Assembly: GCA_002269645.1 (NCBI GenBank) | Contig: NIVC01000214.1 | Location: forward strand, 1-64,000 | Length of the DNA: 64,000 nt | Direction: 5' to 3' | From: Macrostomum lignano | Lineage: Eukaryota | Part shown: positions 36,783 to 49,961 of the stretch, in pieces | Layout of the letters: each line of letters starts with the position of its first letter | How positions within the stretch are numbered: position 1 is the stretch's first letter | Notes under the pieces: model-generated | What the model was told of the DNA's origin: nothing | Seen by the model: only the letters and a program-made list of their open reading frames with translations | The model's database searches: none | Position numbers and translations under genes: made by a program

Positions 36783-37384
36783 CACAGCCAATACGCCTAC
36801 TTTTCTAGCCGTGATAGCCCAAACTAGACTGGCCATTAAGTATCCCATCAATTACCTTTATATCTTGCGGCTTAGTTTCAAAATTGCTTGTTTTCCGCTG
36901 TCTCTATTTTAAAAGTACATTTAACCTCCTCCCTCAATTCTCTGTCAACTTACGTCATTTTAGCCGTCTGCGCCTGCACATCATTAAACTTTGATCAGTG
37001 GCTTATAGTGAGAGACGTATAGCTTAGCGAAGCAGGTTTTGCAGCCATGTTTCCCATGCAAAGTGCAAAGCAGCTGCTATCCCGCTGCTACATTCCTAAT
37101 TTGCCTGTCATTTTTGCCGACGTGTCTTTGTTCTTTTCTTGGCTTGTTTTTTGCGCTTTTGTAGTTACTTTTATAATCGTAATGGCGTCTTGCTGCGACT
37201 CCTGGGCCCTCAAAGACTGACAGCTTGTCTAGTGATCATAGAGCGGTAATTTTGCGCTCAGGGTTAGAATTAGGTCTCAAAAGTGTGATTTTTATTACAG
37301 GGTTTAATTTGGGTCTTAGCGCTGAGATTTTCTTGAGATTTTCAGATTTGGGTCGTTGGATTAAAGAATGATCTTGATTTAAAT

Positions 37385-37830
37385 GCCCGGCTGAAATTTA
37401 AATCGTAGAGTGAGATTTGATTTCAATATGAGATTCTGGTCACAAGGTGTGATTCTGGTCTCAGGGTGAGATTCAATCTTAAGATTGGATTCGTTCCTAG
37501 CATGAGATTCGATCTAAGAGTGATTTTTTATAAAGATTGTGATCTCAGGATGAGTTTCTGATTCTAGTGTGAGATTCCGATTCTGGAGTGAGACACTAGT
37601 CTCGGTGAGATTCTAGTCTCAGGGTGTGATTATGGTCTCAGGGTGAGATTCTGGTCTTAGAGTGAGATTCTGGTCTCAGGGTGAGACTCTGATTCTAGTA
37701 TAAAATTCGGATCTCAGGATGAGACTCTGATTCTAGTGTGAGATTCTGATTCTAAGGGGAGACTCGTCTCAGGGTGAGATTCTGGTTTTAGAATAAGATT
37801 CTGATCACAGGTGAACTCCTGATTCTAGGG
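37385..37830. repeat. Degenerate about 20-bp repeat GTGAGATTCTGGTCTCAGG
   Basis: Recurring GTGAGATTC motif. Confidence 0.75.
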
Positions 37831-37887
37831 TAACATGTTGATTAGAGTATTTTCAACTCCCAATGCCTGTTCCTTCGACGCGCGCAG

Positions 37888-38513
37888 TCCGACCTCAGTC
37901 TCATCCTGTTCGGCCGCGACCTGCTTGGCCGTCGCAGCCTCCTGCTGACCGAAGCCGACGGCCGACACCTCGTCTGGTCGTCCGTGGCGCTCGACCAATC
38001 GGCGTCGGGCGACGATAGCTGGGCCTGGACTGAGGTGCCCGCCTGCGGGGTGTTCTCGCTGAGCCTGGCGCCACCATCGGAGTCCACGGCGCCGCCGGTG
38101 CTGATGCTGCACCCCTACGATCTGTACAGCGACGATGGCAACGAAGCGACGCCGCCGTCGCTGTGTGGCCGCCCGGTGAGTCTGAGCAGTCGAACTGGCG
38201 TTCGACGCTTCGTCATTGACACCGAGGCGGTGCGTCGTCCGCCCGACGCCGTTGCCGCGGCCGCGGCCGCCGAGGAGCAACAGCAGCCGCAGCCGCTCGA
38301 CGCCCCGCCCTGGCTCGCAGCCGAGGTCGACACCTTCGAGCGACTGCTGTCCGACTCTGTCGCCTGTCGAGTCCAGCTCTGCTCCTCGCCGTATCCGCCG
38401 CCGGCGCCTACTGAACTGTCGAAGGTGCAGCCGCTGTGGATTCGGCAGTCTTCAATAGCGGTGCTCTTCTCTGGCGGAGTCGACTCCACTCTGGTGGCTG
38501 CTCTAGCCGCGAG
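37888..38513 (+). CDS. ASNSD1: ASNSD1 exon 4
   Basis: LFGRDLLGRRSLL motif and PP-loop AVLFSGGVDSTLVA; CGCAG|..AG|GTATGG, phase 0-2. Confidence 0.92.
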
Positions 38514-38571
38514 GTATGGTGCTATGGCTTGGTTTGGATTCTTTTTTGTACTTTAGTTGTAAGCGCACTTG

Positions 38572-38960
38572 AAGCCATTTTGCCGCCGCTGATGCCATTT
38601 TAGCGACATTGATGCCATTTTGACGCTATTGATGCCATTTTGACGCTATTGATGCCATTTTGGCGCCATTGATGTCATTTTGGCGCCGCTGATGCCATTT
38701 TAGCGACATTGATGCCATTTTGACGCTATTAGCGCCATTTTGGCGCTATTGCTGTCATTTTGGCGACATTTATGTCATTTTGGCGAGATTGATGCCATTT
38801 TGGCGACATTGATGCCATTTTGGCGACATTGATGCCATTTTGGCGCCCACGACGCCATTTTGGTGCCATTGATGTCATTTTGGCGCCATTAATGTCATTT
38901 TGGCGCCATTGATGTCATTTTGGCGCCATTGATGTAATTTTGGCGCCATTGATGCTATTT
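38572..38960. repeat. 20-bp minisatellite GATGCCATTTTGGCGCCATT
   Basis: About 19 copies. Confidence 0.9.
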
Positions 38961-39211
38961 TGACACTTTCACCTCTTCAGCTAAGCCAAATTTTATTCTC
39001 TTCTTTTTGAGCTCAGCTTCCCGATTTTCAATTTCCTGATTGGCTTGAAAGAATACAGTCTTTGCTTTGATGCAAGGATATCTGGCGTGTTAATGCATTG
39101 ATATCTTGGGTGTTGATGCATTGATATCTTGGGTGTTGATGCATTGATATCTTGGGTGTTGATGTATTGATTTCTGATGTATTGATTTATTCATGGCAGA
39201 GCTCAAGCACA

Positions 39212-39927
39212 CCTGTGCACTATAATTGATATTGATTGATATGATATTGATGCACTATAATTGATATTGATTGATATGATATTGATGCACTATAATTGAT
39301 ATTGATTGATATGATATTGATGCACTATAATTGATATTGATTGATATGATATTGATGCACTATAATTGATATTGATTGATATGATACTGATGCACTATAA
39401 TTGATATTGATTGATATGATATTGATGCACTAAAATTGATATTGATTGATATGATATTGATGCACTATAATTGATATTGATTGATATGATATTGATGCAC
39501 TATAATTGATATTGATTGATATGATATTGATGCACTATAATTGATATTGATTGATATGATATTGATGCACTAAAATTGATATTGATTGATATGATATTGA
39601 TGCACTAAAATTGATATTGATTGATATGATATTGATGCACTATAATTGATATTGATTGATATGATATTGATGCACTAAAATTGATATTGATTGATATGAT
39701 ATTGATGCACTAAAATTGATATTGATTGATATGATATTGATGCACTATAATTGATATTGATTGATATGATATTGATGCACTATAATTGATATTGATTGAT
39801 ATGATATTGATGCACTATAATTGATATTGATTGATATGATATTGATGCACTATAATTGATATTGATTGATATGATATTGATGCACTATAATTGATATTGA
39901 TTGATATGATATTGATGCACTATAATT
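39212..39927. repeat. 35-bp AT-rich minisatellite TGCACTATAATTGATATTGATTGATATGATATTGA
   Basis: About 20 near-identical copies. Confidence 0.95.
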
Positions 39928-40349
39928 CCAAAAAAGTGTATTTTAATGCAGAAGTTTATGGCGAGCCTGAGATTTTTTGCATTGGGGTGCTGCAGCTTAA
40001 GCTTTCAATGGGTTGTTAGCTGCCATCTTGTTGGGCTATATAAAAAATTTAATTAGCTTCCAGCTTCCACCACGCAGCTGCTAGCACTTCACTTCCACAG
40101 GCAGTTTATAACGCAGACGCTGTACTCTTATCAAGTTTTATTTGTGCACAAATCTTCGCTTCAGATTTTTATCGCATCTCGTCTCTCTCTCTTAGCGACC
40201 TGCTTGTTCCTGAACCTTAATAAAGGCCACTTGCAGCAGCTGCAGGATCAGAGTTGGCACTTTGATGCCCCAGTTTTTATCGCTTATAATTTGACGATTC
40301 TATGAGCGGAAGCTGAGGTTAAGATGGCCTGTTGTGGAAGGTACTCAGT

Positions 40350-40920
40350 TTGATTCTAGATCTAGATACAGATTCTATAGATATAGGTTCTAGATCAGGT
40401 TCTAGATACAGATTCTAGATACGGGTTTTAGATACAGGTTCTAGATACAGATTCTAGATACAAGTTCTAGATACAGGTTCTAGATACAGGTTCTAGATAC
40501 AGATCTTGATACATATTCTAGATACAAGTTCTAGATACAGGTTCTAGATACAGGTTCTAGATACAGATTCTAGATACATATTCTAGATACAGGTTCTAGA
40601 TACAGATTCTAGATACAGATCTAGACACAGGTTTTAGATACAGGTTCTAGATACAGATCTTGATACATATTCTAGATACAGATTCTAGATACAGATTCTA
40701 GATACAGATCTAGATACAGATCTTGATACATATTCTAGATACAGATCTAGACACAGGTTTTAGATACAGGTTCTAGATACAGATCTTGATACATATTCTA
40801 GATACAGATTCTAGATACAGATTCTAGATACAGATCTTGATACATATTCTAGATACAGATTCTAGATACAGATTCTAGATACAGATCTAGATACAGATCT
40901 AGGTACAGGTTCTAGATACA
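40350..40920. repeat. 13-bp minisatellite TTCTAGATACAG(A/G)
   Basis: About 43 copies with a TCTAGA palindrome. Confidence 0.92.
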
Positions 40921-41254
40921 ACTCGGTTGCTTGAGGTGCTTTTAATTGTAATTTCAGCTATTACTGTAATTAAAAAGTATTTTCAACTTGAGAACTTTTT
41001 AACTTTCAGGTTTAGGGTTAAACATTCCATAGTTATTCATTTTGCCTAGCTAGTTAAGCGAGTTAGTTAATTAGCGCTGATGTTGCTCAAGGCGACTGGC
41101 GACCCGCAGCCAGGCCCGCTGACAAGCAATCAGGCCCATCTGCTGATCCCTGAGCATGCACACAGACACCGATGGGTCCACAACAATGACTGCCGACCCT
41201 AACCCTAGGCCTAATTCTTCTTGAAATATAGCCCTGACCTAAATCCTAATCCAA

Positions 41255-41805
41255 ACCTAATATGAACCCTAACCCAAACCTAACCTAACCTAAACCTAAC
41301 CTAAACCCAAACCTAACCTAAACCCAAACCTGACCTAAACCCAAACCAAACCTAACCTAAACCTAACCTAAACCCAAACCAAACCTAACCTAAACCTAAC
41401 CTAAACCCAAACCTAACCTAAACCCAAACCTAACCTAAACCCAAACCTAACCTAACCTAAACCTAACCTAAACCCAAACAAAACCTAACCTAAACCTAAC
41501 CTAAACCCAAACCTAACCTAAACCCAAACCTAACCTAAACCCAAACCAAACCTAACCTAAACCCAAACCAAACCTAACCTAAACCTAACCTAAACCCAAA
41601 CCTAACCTAAACCCAAACCTAACCTAAACCCAAACCTAACCTAAACCCAAACCTAACCTAAACCCAAACCTAACCTAAACCCAAACCTAACCTAGACCCA
41701 AACCTAACCTAAACCCTAACTTAAACCCAAACCTAACCTAAACCTAAACCTAAACCCAAACCTAACCTAAACCCTAACCTAAACTCTATCCCGAACCTAA
41801 CCTAA
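41255..41805. repeat. Telomere-like 17-bp repeat TAACCTAAACCCAAACC
   Basis: Built from AACCT/AAACCC hexamer-like units; only sporadic CCCTAA. Confidence 0.9.
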
Positions 41806-42519
41806 ATCGTTGGCAGTTAAGTGGCTGACTGTCAATTTGCAGCAGTCAGATGTCGCGCTCCCCAGGGGTGTACAGCCGCCCCGACTTCTCATCGACAGAC
41901 TGCACTGCGTCTGTACGGCGGCTGACTTTATGCAACAAAGTTTTCCGCGCACTCTCCAAGAGTGTCTGCAGCCTGTTGGCTAATCCTGCTTAGGCCCGTA
42001 GGTCCGCTTAAAAGCCCCAGAAACTTGAAAGCCTCAAAGACCCAATTGCCAAATTGGAGAGCCCTTCGTCGCTACTTGGGCAGAAAAAAATAAATCCTCT
42101 GAGCTGAGCCTGCTGCTAAAAACGACGGCTTCAGATTTTGTCCTTAATCCTGTGCACGCTTTTAGACCTGTCTTTTTTGTCAAGCGGCTAATCCCAGCTT
42201 ACAGTGTTCGTGTATTGTTGGGGTTGGCTGCATGGTGCGGCCGCGCGAGCAATCAGTTTTGATAAGATAAATTGCTCTTGTAAATCTTTCCGTTCTATTC
42301 GATAAAAATGGATTTAATGAACGCTTTACGTGGAGGCATCCGGAATTGAAAAACTAATTGTTGAGATAATTTAAATTAGTTTAATCCTAAGAAAAACTCT
42401 AAATCAGCAAAACTGCTGGACTATTTTTCTAGGAGATAATACTCAAGTATCTAGGTAACTCTCCTGATGATTACTTTATACTAGAAAATACCACAAACTT
42501 GTCCTAAACTATGTGTCTA

Positions 42520-42850
42520 CATTTCGGATCAGCCAATCACAGAGCGGCAAATCTGGAACGGTGAAAACTAAAAATATATACATTTCGGTTCAGCCAATCA
42601 GAGAGCGGCGAATCTGGAACAGGAGAGACTAATAATGTGTACATTTCTGATCAGCCAATCAGAGAGCGGCGAATCTAGAACAGGAGACACTAATAATATG
42701 TACATTTCTGATCAGCCAATCAGAGAGTGGCGAATCTGGAACAGAAGAGACTAATAATGTGTACATTTCTGATCAGCCAATCAGAGAGCGGCGAATCTGG
42801 AACAGAAGAGACTAATAATATGTACATATCGGATCAGCCAATCAGAGGTC
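42520..42850. repeat. 61-bp minisatellite, six copies, each containing CAGCCAATCA
   Basis: AGCCAAT starts at 42531, 42592, 42653, 42714, 42775 and 42836. Confidence 0.9.
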
Positions 42851-43449
42851 AGACACAGTTTGCGGGAATGGTAATAAGTCAGCAGATCACCGTGTATTAT
42901 AAATCTTATATATGCCATTTATTATACCAGTTGATCAGCAAATTGAAAGCAATTTTATATGATTAATTTCCTTCCTGGCAAGAATGAAAATCATCAGCAT
43001 TGTATTTTTAAAATGCAGGTGACCTGCCGTAATTCGGCCTGAAAACTCTAATTTTAGCTACTTGGCTCTCACTTTCTATTCCTTTTCTTCTCTTTCTGGA
43101 AACCGGATCTCATCATTCCAGCTGGTCCATGACAGAATGGGGCGTAGAGAGAAATCCAGACCTAACCTTCAAGGCATCTCATTTCTCTGAGTTAATCCAA
43201 TAAAGAGTATAATGCATATATTGGGTCTCAAATAAATTTCGGATTGCACTCTATCTGCCATTGGCTTAGCCATATGTTAAAGCTTATGCTTATTGTTAAC
43301 TGCATTTCTTGCAAAAGTTTCAAACTCCAAGGCTTATTCCCTGTGGTGTCTGCTGGCTGTTTGCCTGTAATGTACAGCTAGCAAAATGCGCTGGATCTTT
43401 GTGCTTAGCTGTGCGTAGTTGTGTATTGAACTCCGGATTCCTTCTTCCA

Positions 43450-46400
43450 AATTTTATCTTTATCCCTCCTCCACCTTCTCCTCTATCTCCCCCTTTTTCT
43501 ATTCCATTCTCTCCCCTCTCTCCCCTCCCCTTCTCTCTATTCTCTTCCCTTCTCTCTCCTCTCCTCCCTTCCTCTCCTCTCTCTCCTTCTCTCTCCTCCC
43601 TCCCCTTCTCTCTCCTCTCTTCCCCTCTCTCTCCTCTCCTCCCTTTTCTCTCCTCTCTTCCCTCTCTCCCCTTCTCTCCCCTCTCTTCCCTTCTCTCTCC
43701 TCTCTCCCCTTCTCTCTCCTCTCCTCCCTTTTCTCTCCTCTCTTCCCCTCTCTCCCCTTCTCTCCCCTCTCTTCCCTTCTCTCCCCTCTCCTCCCTTCCC
43801 TCTCCTCTCTCTCCTTCTCTCTCCTCCCTCCTCTCTTCCCTTCTCTCCCCTCTCTTCCCTTCTCTCTCCTCCCTCCCCTTCTCTCTCCTCTCTTCCCTTC
43901 TCTCCCCTCTCTTCCCTTCTCTCTCCTCCCTCCCCTTCTCTCTCCTCTCTTCCCCTCTCTCTCCTCTCTTCCCCTCTCTCTCCTTTTCTCTCCTCTCTTC
44001 CCCTCTCTCCCCTTCTCTCCCTCTCTCCCCCTCTCTCCTCTCTCCCCTTCTCTCTCCTCTCCTCCCTTCTCTCCCTTCTCTTCCCTTCTCTCCCTCTCTC
44101 CCCTTCTCTCTCCTCTCTTCCCTTCTCTCTCCTCTCTCTCCTTCTCTCTCCTCCCTCTCCTTCTCTCTCCTCTCTCTCCTTCTCTCTCCTCTCTTCCCTC
44201 TCTCTTTCCTTTTTTCTCCTCTCTTCCCCTCTCTCTCATTTTCTCTCCTCTCTTCCCCTCTCTCCCCTTCTCTCCCTCTCTTCCCTTCTCTCTCCTCTCT
44301 TCCCTTTTCTCTCCTCTCTTCCCTTCTCTCTCCTCTCTTCCCTTTTCTCTCCTCTCTTCCCCTCTCTCCCCTTCTCTCCCTCTCTTCCCTTCTCTCTCCT
44401 CTCCTCCCTTCCCTCTCCTCTCTCCCCTTCTCTCCCCTCTCTCCCCCTCTCTCCTCTCTCCCCTTCTCTCTCCTCTCCTCCCTTCTCTCCCTTCTCTTCC
44501 CTTCTCTCCCCTCTCTCCCCTTCTCTCTCCTCTCTTCCCTTTTCTCTCCTCTCTCTCCTTCTCTCTCCTCCCTCTCCTTCTCTCTCCTCTCTCTCCTTCT
44601 CTCTCCTCTCTTCCCCTCTCTTTCCTTTTTTCTCCTCTCTTCCCCTCTCTCTCATTTTCTCTCCTCTCTTCCCCTCTCTCCCCTTCTCTCCCCTCTCTTC
44701 CCTTCTCTCTCCTCTCTTCCCTTTTCTCTCCTCTCTTCCCTTCTCTCTCCTCTCTTCCCTTTTCTCTCCTCTCTTCCCCTCTCTCCCCTTCTCTCCCCTC
44801 TCTTCCCTTCTCTCTCCTCTCCTCCCTTCCCTCTCCTCTCTCCCCTTCTATCTCCTCTCTCCCCTTCTCTCTTCTCTTCTCCATTTTCTGTCCTCTTCTC
44901 TCCTCTCTTTCCTTTTCTCTCTTCTCTCCCCTTCTCTCTCCTCTCCTCCCTTTTCTCCCCTCTCTCCCCTTCTCTCTCCTCTCCTCCCTTTTCTCCCCTC
45001 TCTCCCCTTCTCTCTCCTCTCCTCCCTTTTCTCCCCTCTCTCCCCTTCTCTCCCCTCTCTCCCCCTCTCTCCTCTCTCCCCTTCTCTCTCCTCTCCTCCC
45101 TTCTCTCCCTTCTCTTCCCTTCTCTCCCCTCTCTCCCCTTCTCTCTCCTCTCTTCCCTTCTCTCTCCTCTCTCTCCTTCTCTCTCCTCCCTCTCCTTCTC
45201 TCTCCTCTCTCTCCTTCTCTCTCCTCTCTTCCCCTCTCTTTCCTTTTTTCTCCTCTCTTCCCCTCTCTCTCATTTTCTCTCCTCTCTTCCCCTCTCTCCT
45301 TCTCTCCCCTCTCTTCCCTTCTCTCTCCTCTCTTCCCTTTTCTCTCCTCTCTTCCCTTCTCTCTCCTCTCTTCCCTTTTCTCTCCTCTCTTCCCCTCTCT
45401 CCCCTTCTCTCCCCTCTCTTCCCTTCTCTCTCCTCTCCTCCCTTCCCTCTCCTCTCTCCCTTCTCTCCCCTCTCTCCCCCTCTCTCCTCTCTCCCCTTCT
45501 CTCTCCTCTCCTCCCTTCTCTCCCTTCTCTTCCCTTCTCTCCCCTCTCTCCCCTTCTCTCTCCTCTCTTCCCTTTTCTCTCCTCTCTCTCCTTCTCTCTC
45601 CTCCCTCTCCTTCTCTCTCCTCTCTCTCCTTCTCTCTCCTCTCTTCCCCTCTCTTTCCTTTTTTCTCCTCTCTTCCCCTCTCTCTCATTTTCTCTCCTCT
45701 CTTCCCCTCTCTCCCCTTCTCTCCCCTCTCTTCCCTTCTCTCTCCTCTCTTCCCTTTTCTCTCCTCTCTTCCCTTCTCTCTCCTCTCTTCCCTTTTCTCT
45801 CCTCTCTTCCCCTCTCTCCCCTTCTCTCCCCTCTCTTCCCTTCTCTCTCCTCTCCTCCCTTCCCTCTCCTCTCTCCCCTTCTATCTCCTCTCTCCCCTTC
45901 TCTCTTCTCTTCTCCATTTTCTGTCCTCTTCTCTCCTCTCTTTCCTTTTCTCTCTTCTCTCCCCTTCTCTCTCCTCTCCTCCCTTTTCTCCCCTCTCTCC
46001 CCTTCTCTCTCCTCTCCTCCCTTTTCTCCCCTCTCTCCCCTTCTCTCTCCTCTCCTCCCTTTTCTCCCCTCTCTCCCCTTCTCTCTCCTCTCCTCCCTTT
46101 TCTCCCCTCTCTCCCCTTTTCTCTCCTCTCCTCCCTTTTCTCCCCTCTCTCCCCTTCTCTCCCCTCTCTTCCCTTCTCTCTCCTCTCTCCCCTTTTCTCT
46201 CCTCTCCTCCCTTCCCTCTCCTCTCTCCCCTTCTCTCTTCTCTTCTTCATTTTCTGTCCTCTTCTCCCCTCTCTCCCCTTCTCTCTTCTCTTCTCCATTT
46301 TCTGTCCTCTTCTCCCCTCTCTCCCCTTCTCTCTCCTCTCTTTCCTTTCTCTCCTTTTCTCTCCTCTCTTCCCTTTTCTCTCCTCTCCTCCCTTTTCTCC

Positions 46401-47050
46401 CCTCTCTCCCCTTCTCTCCCCTCTCTTCCCTTCTCTCTCCTCTCTCCCCTTCTCTCTCCTCTCCTCCCTTCCCTCTCCTCGCTTTCCTTTTCTCTCTTCT
46501 CTCCCCTTCTCTCTCTTCTTCTCCCTTTTCTCCCCTCTCTCCCCTTCTCTCTCCTCTCCTCCCTTTTCTCCCCTCTCTCCCCTTCTCTCTCCTCTCCTCC
46601 CTTTTCTCCCCTCTCTCCCCTTCTCTCTCCTCTCTTCCCTTTTCTCTCCTCTCCTCCCTTTTCTCCCCTCTCTCCCCTTCTCTCCCCTCTCTTCCCTTCT
46701 CTCTCCTCTCTCCCCTTCTCTCTCCTCTCTTCCCTTCCCTCTCCTCTCTCCCCTTCTATCTCCTCTCTCCCCTTCTCTCTTCTCTTCTCCATTTTCTGTC
46801 CTCTTCTCCCCTCTCTCCCCTTCTCTCTCCTCTCTTTCCTTTCTCTCCTTTTCTCTCCTCTCTTCCCCTCTCTCCCCTTCTCTCTCCTCTCCTCCCTTTT
46901 CTCTCCTCTCTTCCCCTATCTCCCCTTCTCTCTCCTCTCCTCCCTTTTCTCTCCTCTCTTCCCCTCACTCCCCTTCTCTCTCCTCTCTCGCCTCTCTCTC
47001 CTCTCTTCCCTTCTCTCTCCTCTCCTTCGTTTTCTCCCTCTCTTCCTTTC
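43450..47050. repeat. 3.6-kb polypyrimidine/polypurine tract with nested higher-order repeats
   Basis: Almost exclusively C/T on the plus strand; rare marker CTCATTTTC recurs at about 415/620-bp spacing. Confidence 0.97.
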
Positions 47051-47172
47051 TCACTCAAAGACCCCACACTTAGAGATGCTAATATTCTTTGATTCATAAC
47101 CATCTACGAGTATTGTGTCTAACAACCCTATTATGACCCTGACATTCCATATCCCTTTCCTGCTGCCTCCAG

Positions 47173-47416
47173 GCACGCGCCGCCGCAGCAGAGCATCGAC
47201 CTGCTCAACGTGGCTTTCGAGCAGGCGCCACCGAAACCGAACCCCACTCTGGCGAAGGCCAGGGACAAGAATAGAGGCAAGAAGAGCCAGCACTCGCGCG
47301 GCACCGACCCCCAGGACAGCGGCGGCGGCTTCAACGTGCCAGATCGGCTGACTGGCATTGAAAGCCTGGCCGAGCTGCGGCACCTGCTGCCCGGCCGGCA
47401 CTTCAACTTTGTCACC
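47173..47416 (+). CDS. ASNSD1: ASNSD1 exon 5
   Basis: SIDLLNVAFEQ and FNVPDRLTGIESLAELRHLLPGRHFNFV; CTCCAG|..|GTGAGT, phase 2-0. Confidence 0.92.
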
Positions 47417-47489
47417 GTGAGTGCAATCCCATTCTTTGTTGACATCCGGCGCCTTCATCCCACTCTTTGATCTCGTACTTTTTCTGCTT

Positions 47490-48180
47490 CCAGATCCCCA
47501 TTCCAGAGTGAGATCCTCACTCCATACTGAGATCCCCATTCCATGCTGTGAGATCCCCATTCCAAACTGAGATCCCCATTCCATACTGAGATCCCCATTC
47601 CATACTGAGATCCCCATTCCATACTGAGATCCCCATTCCATGCTGTGAGATCCCCATTCCATGCTGTGAGATCCCCATTCCATGCTGTGAGATCCCCATT
47701 CCATACTGAGATCCCCATTCCATGCTGTGTTATCCCCATTCCATGATGAGATCCCCATTCCATACTGAGATCCCCATTCCAAACTGAGATCCCCATTCCA
47801 TGCTGTGAGATCCCCATTCCATGTTGTAAGATCCCCATTCCATGCTGTGTTATCCCCATTCCATGATGAGATCCCCATTCCATACTGAGATCCCCATTCC
47901 AAACTGAGATCCCCATTCCATACTGAGATCCCCATTCTATGCTGTGAGATCCCCATTCCATGCTGTGTTATCCCCATTCCATGATGAGATCCCCATTCCA
48001 TACTGAGATCCCCATTCCAAACTGAGATCCCCATTCCATGCTGTGAGATCCCCATTCCATGCTGTGAGATCCCCATTCCATGCTGTAAGATCCCCATTCC
48101 ATGCTGTGAGATCCCCATTCCATGCTGTAAGATCCCCATTCCATGCTGTAAGATCCCCATTCCATGCTGTAAGATCCTAA
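47490..48180. repeat. 19/21-bp minisatellite GAGATCCCCATTCCATGCTGT / GAGATCCCCATTCCATACT
   Basis: About 34 copies of two unit lengths. Confidence 0.93.
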
Positions 48181-48817
48181 TTCCAGACCGCGAGATCCCC
48201 ATTTTTCTTCATATTCAGCCAGTTCTATTTTAGAACTTTTTCGCATGTCACGGTTGCTGATTTTTAATCCCAATTCTCTACGTGAAAGAATAGCTAAGCT
48301 GTTTAACTTGGCTAGGAGCATTGCAAGAATAATGATAAAGACGCTATTGTTATTTATTCTTGCTTTAAATCCCGGCTAGCGGAAAAGATGGGTGAGAAAG
48401 TGTGAAGATGGTGAATTGCGGCTGAGCCGAGAAATTATGACTGACAGGAAAATGAGTTAATCTCTCTGGGGAGTTATTGCCAAGCCCGGTTGCAGTCCGC
48501 TTCCACCAGTGGAACACGGAGAGAGATAAGCGCTGACGGACGGCTGGGAGATTTATTCGCATTCACTGCTCAGGCCGGCCGGTATCTCAGCCATTCACTC
48601 GCGTATTTTTGAATAAGAAATTCCAGCGAAGATTGCTTGCCCCACAGTGCAGCTGGGTGGCTTCTTCAGCTGGCCAAAAACACGCCAATAAAATCACTGA
48701 CTAGCTTTCCAGCTGAGATTCTTCCTGTTTTTTAGTCGCTTGATAGCAGTGCCGTGAGCTGCGGTTTGTGAATATAAGTCTCATTTACTGCGCTCTGGTT
48801 GGAGACGGTGTACGAGC

Positions 48818-49402
48818 TAGTAGAGTGTGAGGGAGAGGCTGTAGCAGAGTGTGAGGGAGAGGGTGTAGCAGAGTGTGAGGGAGAGGGTGTAGCAGAGTGT
48901 GAGGGAGAGGGTGTAGCAGAGTGTGAGGGAGAGGGTGTAGTAGAGTGTGAGGGAGAGGGTGTAGCAGAGTGTGAGGGAGAGGGTGTAGCAGAGTGTGAGG
49001 GAGAGGGTGTAGTAGAGTGTGAGGGAGAGGGTGTAGTAGAGTGTGAGGGAGAGGGTGTAGCAGAGTGTGAGGGAGAGGGTGTAGTAGAGTGTGAGGGAGA
49101 GGGTGTAGCAGAGTGTGAGGGAGAGGGTGTAGTAGAGTGTGAGGGAGAGGGTGTAGCAGAGTGTGAGGGAGAGGGTGTAGCAGAGTGTGAGGGAGAGGGT
49201 GTAGTAGAGTGTGAGGGAGAGGGTGTAGCAGAGTGTGAGGGAGAGGCTGTAGTAGAGTGTGAGGGAGAGGGTGTAGTAGAGTGTGAGGGAGAGGGTGTAG
49301 TAGAGTGTGAGGGAGAGGGTGTAGTAGAGTGTGAGGGAGAGGGTGTAGTAGAGTGTGAGGGAGAGGATGTAGCAGAGTGTGAAGGAGAGGGTGTAGCAGA
49401 GT
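48818..49402. repeat. 24-bp G-rich minisatellite GAGTGTGAGGGAGAGGGTGTAGCA
   Basis: About 24 copies. Confidence 0.95.
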
Positions 49403-49961
49403 GAGGCAGAGTGCAGTAGTGCCAGCAGTCCACAGGAATTTCCAAAATATGTATATAATGAATGCATCTTGAAAAACCAGAAGCCACGTGGCGGTCTGAC
49501 ATCTGCAGGATTCGTTCGATTCCCCCTCTACTCCCTCCTCTTTGTAACGCAGCCAGATGCAGTACCGGTGCATACTTATGGTACCCCAGTTCCACAACTT
49601 ATTTGCCAGATAAACACAAAATGCACTGCATTGGCTTATCTATCTGTATCTGGATTTTTTATCATAGAGTTGTGTTTTTTCCGCGGCGGTTACGCTTCGC
49701 TTTGTTGGTAGTGACTTTGTTGTGCGCCGATGATGTACATGTGAGCGAGGGAATGTGCGCAGACCAGCTGGTACACGGGGCTTCGTATGTGAAGTTCATT
49801 TTTTCATGATGGGCTCATTTATCTTGCCTGTTTCGAAATTTGCTATTAGTTCTTCGCATGATCGCTTGCACTTGGGCGCAGTGGTAGCGCTCTTTGGCGC
49901 CTTTAAATTCAAACCTACAGTGGCACTAAAATGTGCCAACCTCAAAACCCAGGGTAGCACA

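Noticed and set aside
43309-47099. 1254-aa and 1226-aa plus-strand ORFs and antisense R/E/G ORFs
   Set aside because: Translation of a C/T-only tract that cannot contain stop codons; lies within an ASNSD1 intron
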